From: Candidatus Micrarchaeota archaeon
Lineage (GTDB): Archaea > Micrarchaeota > Micrarchaeia > Norongarragalinales > Norongarragalinaceae
DNA length: 36,443 nucleotides
Direction: 5' to 3'
Assembly: GCA_043799765.1 (NCBI GenBank)
Contig: JAZDNL010000037.1
Coordinates: forward strand, 1-36,443
A program made the position numbers and the translations under genes. Position 1 is the first letter of the stretch. Every line of letters starts with the position of its first letter. A model generated the notes under the pieces. The model was given only the letters and a program-made list of their open reading frames with translations. It was not told the DNA's origin and made no database searches. Positions 33,348-36,443 of this stretch are shown here, piece by piece.

Positions 33348-33971
33348 CTATTTCCCTTTCGCCGCGGGAAGCCTTAGTATATACATCTCGGTTACTGCTT
33401 GCGCCAGATTCCTGACCGCGGGATGGCTCGGGGACAGGAAGTTTCCCGGACCTTTGATACCTATAATGACGCCTGGCATGACGGAAACGGTGGTTTGGCG
33501 GCTTATGCGCTGGCTTTCCTTGATTTCGTCCTCGGGAACGGAAACTCTGACGCGGATTTGGCGAACCGCCTTGTAGAAGGAAAAGTCTACGCCGAATTTG
33601 TCGGCAATGCCCTGGAGTTCTGTGCGGTGTTTTTTCGACATCCGTCTCAGATGCAGATCCGATAAATTCAGAAACACTTCGGCATAACCGAAACCCGTTT
33701 CCGTTTCTCCAGGTACGGGTTTCCCGTGCTCATGGGCATAGGCGACAAACCTGGGCCGGGTGGGGATGAGAACGCCGAAAGAGGGCGTGATGCGTTCCTT
33801 CAAGGACTGCCAAAATGCGAGTTTTACTGGGATGGATTCCGTTCTCAATCCTTTAGGAAGCAAAGCCAACAGCGCGTCGTTATGGCTAGCCTCAAGCTTT
33901 TCCAGCTCCATAAACGCCGGCATCCGCGACAATAATGACGGCATTCGCGGCATTAGTTTTTCCTTGCCCAT
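33348..33971 (-). CDS. Hypothetical protein (orphan cargo of the repeat-bracketed insert)
   Basis: The ATG at 33971 (MGKEKLMPRMPSLL...) lies about 26 nt after ATATATA (33994..34000, minus strand). 207 aa. The stop is 5 nt from repeat copy 1. I recognise no motif. Confidence 0.55.
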   Translation of the reverse strand: MGKEKLMPRMPSLLSRMPAFMELEKLEASHNDALLALLPKGLRTESIPVKLAFWQSLKERITPSFGVLIPTRPRFVAYAHEHGKPVPGETETGFGYAEVFLNLSDLHLRRMSKKHRTELQGIADKFGVDFSFYKAVRQIRVRVSVPEDEIKESQRISRQTTVSVMPGVIIGIKGPGNFLSPSHPAVRNLAQAVTEMYILRLPAAKGK

Positions 33972-33993
33972 AATTAAAACGCGAAAGCGCACA

Positions 33994-34000
33994 ATATATA
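33994..34000 (-). promoter_or_regulatory. TATA box of the orphan cargo gene
   Basis: ATATATA, about 26 nt upstream of ATG 33971. Confidence 0.4.
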
Positions 34001-34017
34001 CATTTGGAAAGATAGCG

Positions 34018-34046
34018 CCGACCGCCCGCGATTTCATGGACTGAGG
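34018..34046. repeat. Direct repeat copy 2 (orphan copy of the aEF-2 3' end)
   Basis: Identical 29-mer. ORF 33760..34044 ends ...APTARDFMD, the same tail as aEF-2. Confidence 0.9.
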
Positions 34047-34070
34047 CGGCTATGGCGCCCGCGTCGGGCC

Positions 34071-34751
34071 CTACCGGTGCAGGCTCACATAATTTACTTT
34101 AGGCAGCGGCACGCCGCGGTGAAAGACGGTCGAAATCGAAACTGCGGTCGGGAGCGGCGTCTCCTTCATTTTTTGGAATGAAACGGAATGCTTCCTTGTC
34201 TTGAACCCGCGCCTGCCTAGCCACTTGGCCAGCGGCTTCGGCCCGTCTTCTTCGTAAACAAGGTCCGTTTCCTTCTGCGAGTGCCGAAAAAGATTCACGT
34301 GGGCTTCGCCGCCTATCGGAGAAAGAACCCGGTTTACCTCGCGGAGCAGCCATGGCCGATCCCTGATGTAAGGCGCGGTTCCAACGCTTATGACGAAATT
34401 TATCGAATCGTTCCTGAAAGGAAGGGACAGGCAGTCCGCAGTCACCGCCGAACCGACCCTCGTCCCGTTGAAATCCTCTACGGAAAGGTTGAGCGGTATT
34501 ATCTCGAAGGCGGCGTTCCGCTTCTTGAGAAGGGAATCTATCTTTTTGGCAACCACTCCTTCGCCGGCGCCTATCTCAAGAATGCGGAAAACTCCCCCAG
34601 GCCGCCCGCGACGTTCCCATTCGGAGTATGCCCGCGTCACTTGTTTCAGGAGGTTGATGCCCAGATACTTGTTGTAAGAACGCAGTCCGCGGCAGCCGAT
34701 ATTGCCCTGCGCAAGCAGCACGCGTTTTGCGTTTTGCCAATAGTTCGGCAT
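34071..34751 (-). CDS. Class I SAM-dependent methyltransferase
   Basis: Motif I FRILEIGAGEGVVA and a later acidic/aromatic region. The ATG at 34751 (MPNYWQN) lies 25 nt from TTTTAAAT. The longer ORF to 34937 would overlap the uL1 start. Confidence 0.6.
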   Translation of the reverse strand: MPNYWQNAKRVLLAQGNIGCRGLRSYNKYLGINLLKQVTRAYSEWERRGRPGGVFRILEIGAGEGVVAKKIDSLLKKRNAAFEIIPLNLSVEDFNGTRVGSAVTADCLSLPFRNDSINFVISVGTAPYIRDRPWLLREVNRVLSPIGGEAHVNLFRHSQKETDLVYEEDGPKPLAKWLGRRGFKTRKHSVSFQKMKETPLPTAVSISTVFHRGVPLPKVNYVSLHR

Positions 34752-34764
34752 GGGAAAGTCCTGA

Positions 34765-34788
34765 CGAAACGCTTTTAAATCCGTTTCG
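34765..34788 (-). promoter_or_regulatory. TATA box (TTTTAAAT, 34773..34780) flanked by the inverted repeat CGAAACG/CGTTTCG
   Basis: The arms at 34765..34771 and 34782..34788 are exact reverse complements and bracket the box. The box lies 25 nt upstream of the methyltransferase ATG 34751. Confidence 0.4.
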
Positions 34789-34824
34789 ACAGGAATATAG
34801 TTCCTGCTTATCCCGCAGAACTGC

Positions 34825-34839
34825 CGGCGAAATTCGCCG
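34825..34839 (+). promoter_or_regulatory. Palindrome CGGCGAA-A-TTCGCCG in the uL1 leader
   Basis: 15-nt perfect palindrome, 22-36 nt upstream of ATG 34861 and just 5' of the GGAGG Shine-Dalgarno sequence. Confidence 0.3.
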
Positions 34840-34860
34840 CGCAGGAGGGGATTGACAGAC

Positions 34861-35499
34861 ATGCCGATAACGAAGGAACACATTACGAAGGCAATAGACG
34901 CCGCCCTTAGCGAAGGCAAGGGCAAGCGCAAATTCACTCAAAGCGTGGACCTCGCCGTCGGATTCAAGGACGTGGACTTCAACAAGGCGGAGAACAGGCT
35001 CAATCTGGACATAGTTCTCCCGCACCCGCCGAGAAAGGCGAAAATCGCGATTTATGCCGACGCAACAATCATGACGAAGGCGCGCGAAGTCGCCGACCTG
35101 ATCATCATGGCGGACGAGATTCCAGTTTACGCTTCGGACAAGAAGAAGCAGAAGCAGCTTCTGGACTACAACGGGCTCGCAGCTCCGTCGCTCATGGTTC
35201 CGATTGGAAAGGCGCTCGGACAGTTTTTGGGAGCGAAAGGACGCCTCCCGAAGCCGGTTATGCCGAACGCCGATTTGAAGGAAGTAGTTGAGCGCACGCG
35301 CAGGACAATCAACATCAAGAGCAAGGGCAAGTACCTTCCCGCGGTGAGCTGCATCGTCGGAAACGAGAACATGCCGACTGCGGAAATAGCGGAGAACGTG
35401 CTGACGATTTTCGAAGCCATTGAAAAGAAGGTGCCCGAGCACAACATCAAGAGCGTTTTCATCAAAACAACCATGGGCAAGCCCGCGAGACTATTGTGA
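34861..35499 (+). CDS. rpl1: Ribosomal protein uL1
   Basis: ITKEHITKAIDAAL...KRKFTQSVDLAVGFKDVDF. GGAGG lies 12 nt upstream of ATG 34861. Confidence 0.9.
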   Translation: MPITKEHITKAIDAALSEGKGKRKFTQSVDLAVGFKDVDFNKAENRLNLDIVLPHPPRKAKIAIYADATIMTKAREVADLIIMADEIPVYASDKKKQKQLLDYNGLAAPSLMVPIGKALGQFLGAKGRLPKPVMPNADLKEVVERTRRTINIKSKGKYLPAVSCIVGNENMPTAEIAENVLTIFEAIEKKVPEHNIKSVFIKTTMGKPARLL

Positions 35500-35503
35500 T
35501 AAC

Positions 35504-36364
35504 ATGCCGACGAAGAAGGAAAAAGTGGAATCCGTCGCGCGCATAAAGAAGGATTTGGCGCGCCACAAGACGGTAGCGATCGCCACGATCGCCAGCCTTC
35601 CGGCGAAGCACTATCTTTCGATAAAGAAGCAGACGCGCAAGGACGTAACGATTGAATTCGCGCGCCAGACTTTGCTTAAGAGGGCGCTCGAAGAGAGCGG
35701 ACGCGCCGAACTGAAGCCGCTTGAGGAGAAGTTCTGCAACGGCGCAGTAATCATCGTTTCCGACTTGGATGCGTTTAAGTTGTACGCGCTGTTCAAGCGC
35801 AGCAAGAGCAAGACTTTTGCGAAACCCGGCGCAATCGCGCCTTCCGACATAACCGTGCCCGCAGGCGAAACGAGCCTCGCCCCCGGTCCCGTGCTCACGG
35901 AGCTGAAGCAGGCGAAAATCGACGCTCGCATCTCAGGCACGAAGGTAACGATTGCGAAGGACGCACTGGTGGCGAAGAAGGGCGAGCCGATCAGCGAGCC
36001 GGTTGCGAAAATACTCATGAAGCTCGGAATCGAGCCGTTCGAAATCGGGATAGACGTCATTTCCGTTTACGACAACGGCACGATTTACGAGGGCGCGGCG
36101 CTCAACATAGACGAGGAGGCGTTCGTGCAGGGCATCGCGGACTGCTACCGCAGCGCGATCAACCTCTGCGTGTTCGCCGAAATCTGGAACGAGACGAGCG
36201 CGCCGCTGATAATCCAGAAGGCCGCCCGCGAGGCGAACGCCATACAAAAACTTATAGAGAGCAAGAAACCTGCAACGGAAAAGATGCCTGCTGCTGAAGC
36301 GGCGGCACCTGCTGCAGAAGCTGCGCCTGCCGCTGCAGGCGAGGCAACCAAGGAGGGATCATGA
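35504..36364 (+). CDS. rpl10: Ribosomal stalk protein P0 (uL10)
   Basis: MPTKKEKVESVARIKKDLARHKTVAIATIASLPAKH... with an Ala/Glu-rich C-terminal tail AAEAAAPAAEAAPAAAGEATKEG. Start at ATG 35504. Confidence 0.88.
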   Translation: MPTKKEKVESVARIKKDLARHKTVAIATIASLPAKHYLSIKKQTRKDVTIEFARQTLLKRALEESGRAELKPLEEKFCNGAVIIVSDLDAFKLYALFKRSKSKTFAKPGAIAPSDITVPAGETSLAPGPVLTELKQAKIDARISGTKVTIAKDALVAKKGEPISEPVAKILMKLGIEPFEIGIDVISVYDNGTIYEGAALNIDEEAFVQGIADCYRSAINLCVFAEIWNETSAPLIIQKAAREANAIQKLIESKKPATEKMPAAEAAAPAAEAAPAAAGEATKEGS

Positions 36365-36443
36365 TGAAAGACGTATACGCGGCTTTGCTCCTGCACTCCG
36401 CAGGACAGAAGGTCACCGAGGACTCCGTGTCCAAGGTTCTCGC
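36361..36443 (+). CDS. rpl12: Ribosomal stalk protein P1 (L12e), 5' fragment that runs off the window
   Basis: MMKDVYAALLLHSAGQKVTEDSVSKVL is a typical archaeal P1 N-terminus. ATGA overlap with the P0 stop. Confidence 0.8.
   Translation, partial: MMKDVYAALLLHSAGQKVTEDSVSKVL

Larger units (their letters stand above)
33344..34017. mobile_element. Putative integrated-element remnant or minimal cassette bracketed by the 29-bp repeats
   Basis: 674 bp between perfect direct repeats. It is visibly lower in GC and richer in A/T-ending codons than the flanks, and carries one orphan gene with its own TATA box. No integrase, transposase or Cas1 is present. Confidence 0.4.

Noticed and set aside
33378-34003. 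9-mer TATATACAT present twice in the same orientation inside the insert (33378..33386 and 33995..34003)
   Set aside because: The second copy is the presumed TATA box of the orphan gene. The first lies inside its coding region (codons EMYIL) at a different offset from the flanking repeat. It could be a chance A/T-rich match or an internal antisense promoter, and the evidence is too thin for a feature call.
33344-34017. Terminal inverted repeats or Cas1, which would make the aEF-2 insert a casposon
   Set aside because: The ends share only a weak, gapped similarity (CTATTTCC against the reverse complement CTATCTTTCC). No Cas1, polymerase, integrase or transposase is present in or next to the insert, so I report it only as an att-like scar or remnant.
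34576-35442. 288-aa minus-strand ORF
   Set aside because: It is antisense to uL1 and out of frame with the methyltransferase.
1-36443. Search for tRNA, rRNA, CRISPR arrays and C/D-box sRNAs
   Set aside because: No spacer is long enough for a tRNA or rRNA and no cloverleaf-type T-arm motifs were seen. There are no regularly spaced repeats. RUGAUGA-like strings (for example at 12154 and 36361) coincide with stop-start gene junctions and lack a matching D box.

Overview
GC-rich (about 60% by eye) and very gene-dense chromosomal segment of an archaeon. It holds about 47 protein genes. Most gene junctions overlap (ATGA, TGATG or GTGA) or are under 60 bp, and several convergent gene pairs meet stop-to-stop. 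I found no rRNA, tRNA or CRISPR array. Archaeal identity rests on eL30, KH-type NusA, uS12, uS7, aEF-2, uL1, P0, P1, eL42, eS27, PriL/PriS primase, GINS, a Hel308-like helicase, a PAC2 chaperone, archaeal-type TIM and ADP-forming acetyl-CoA synthetase. Many operons start about 25 nt downstream of a TTTAAA-like box, consistent with archaeal TATA promoters and short or absent leaders. Main observations follow. (1) A complete bacterial-type MEP/DOXP isoprenoid pathway (dxs, dxr, ispG, ispD, ispF, ispH, ispE) plus a GGPP synthase sits in one 8.5-kb island made of two converging, translationally coupled operons. This is unexpected in an archaeon. (2) IspD carries a C-terminal HD-phosphohydrolase domain of about 205 aa. 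(3) A perfect 29-bp direct repeat of the aEF-2 3' end brackets a 674-bp lower-GC insert with one orphan gene and its own TATA box. It looks like an att/target-site scar at the junction of two ribosomal operons. (4) A SpeH-type pyruvoyl decarboxylase is fused to an N-terminal polytopic membrane domain of about 180 aa, within an argF-speB-prs cluster. (5) Smaller items include single central TATA boxes shared by divergent gene pairs, a palindrome over the start of a TrmB-family regulator gene, and a divergently arranged RelE/RHH pair just upstream of the eL30 operon. Many long ORFs in the supplied track are antisense shadows typical of high-GC DNA and were rejected.
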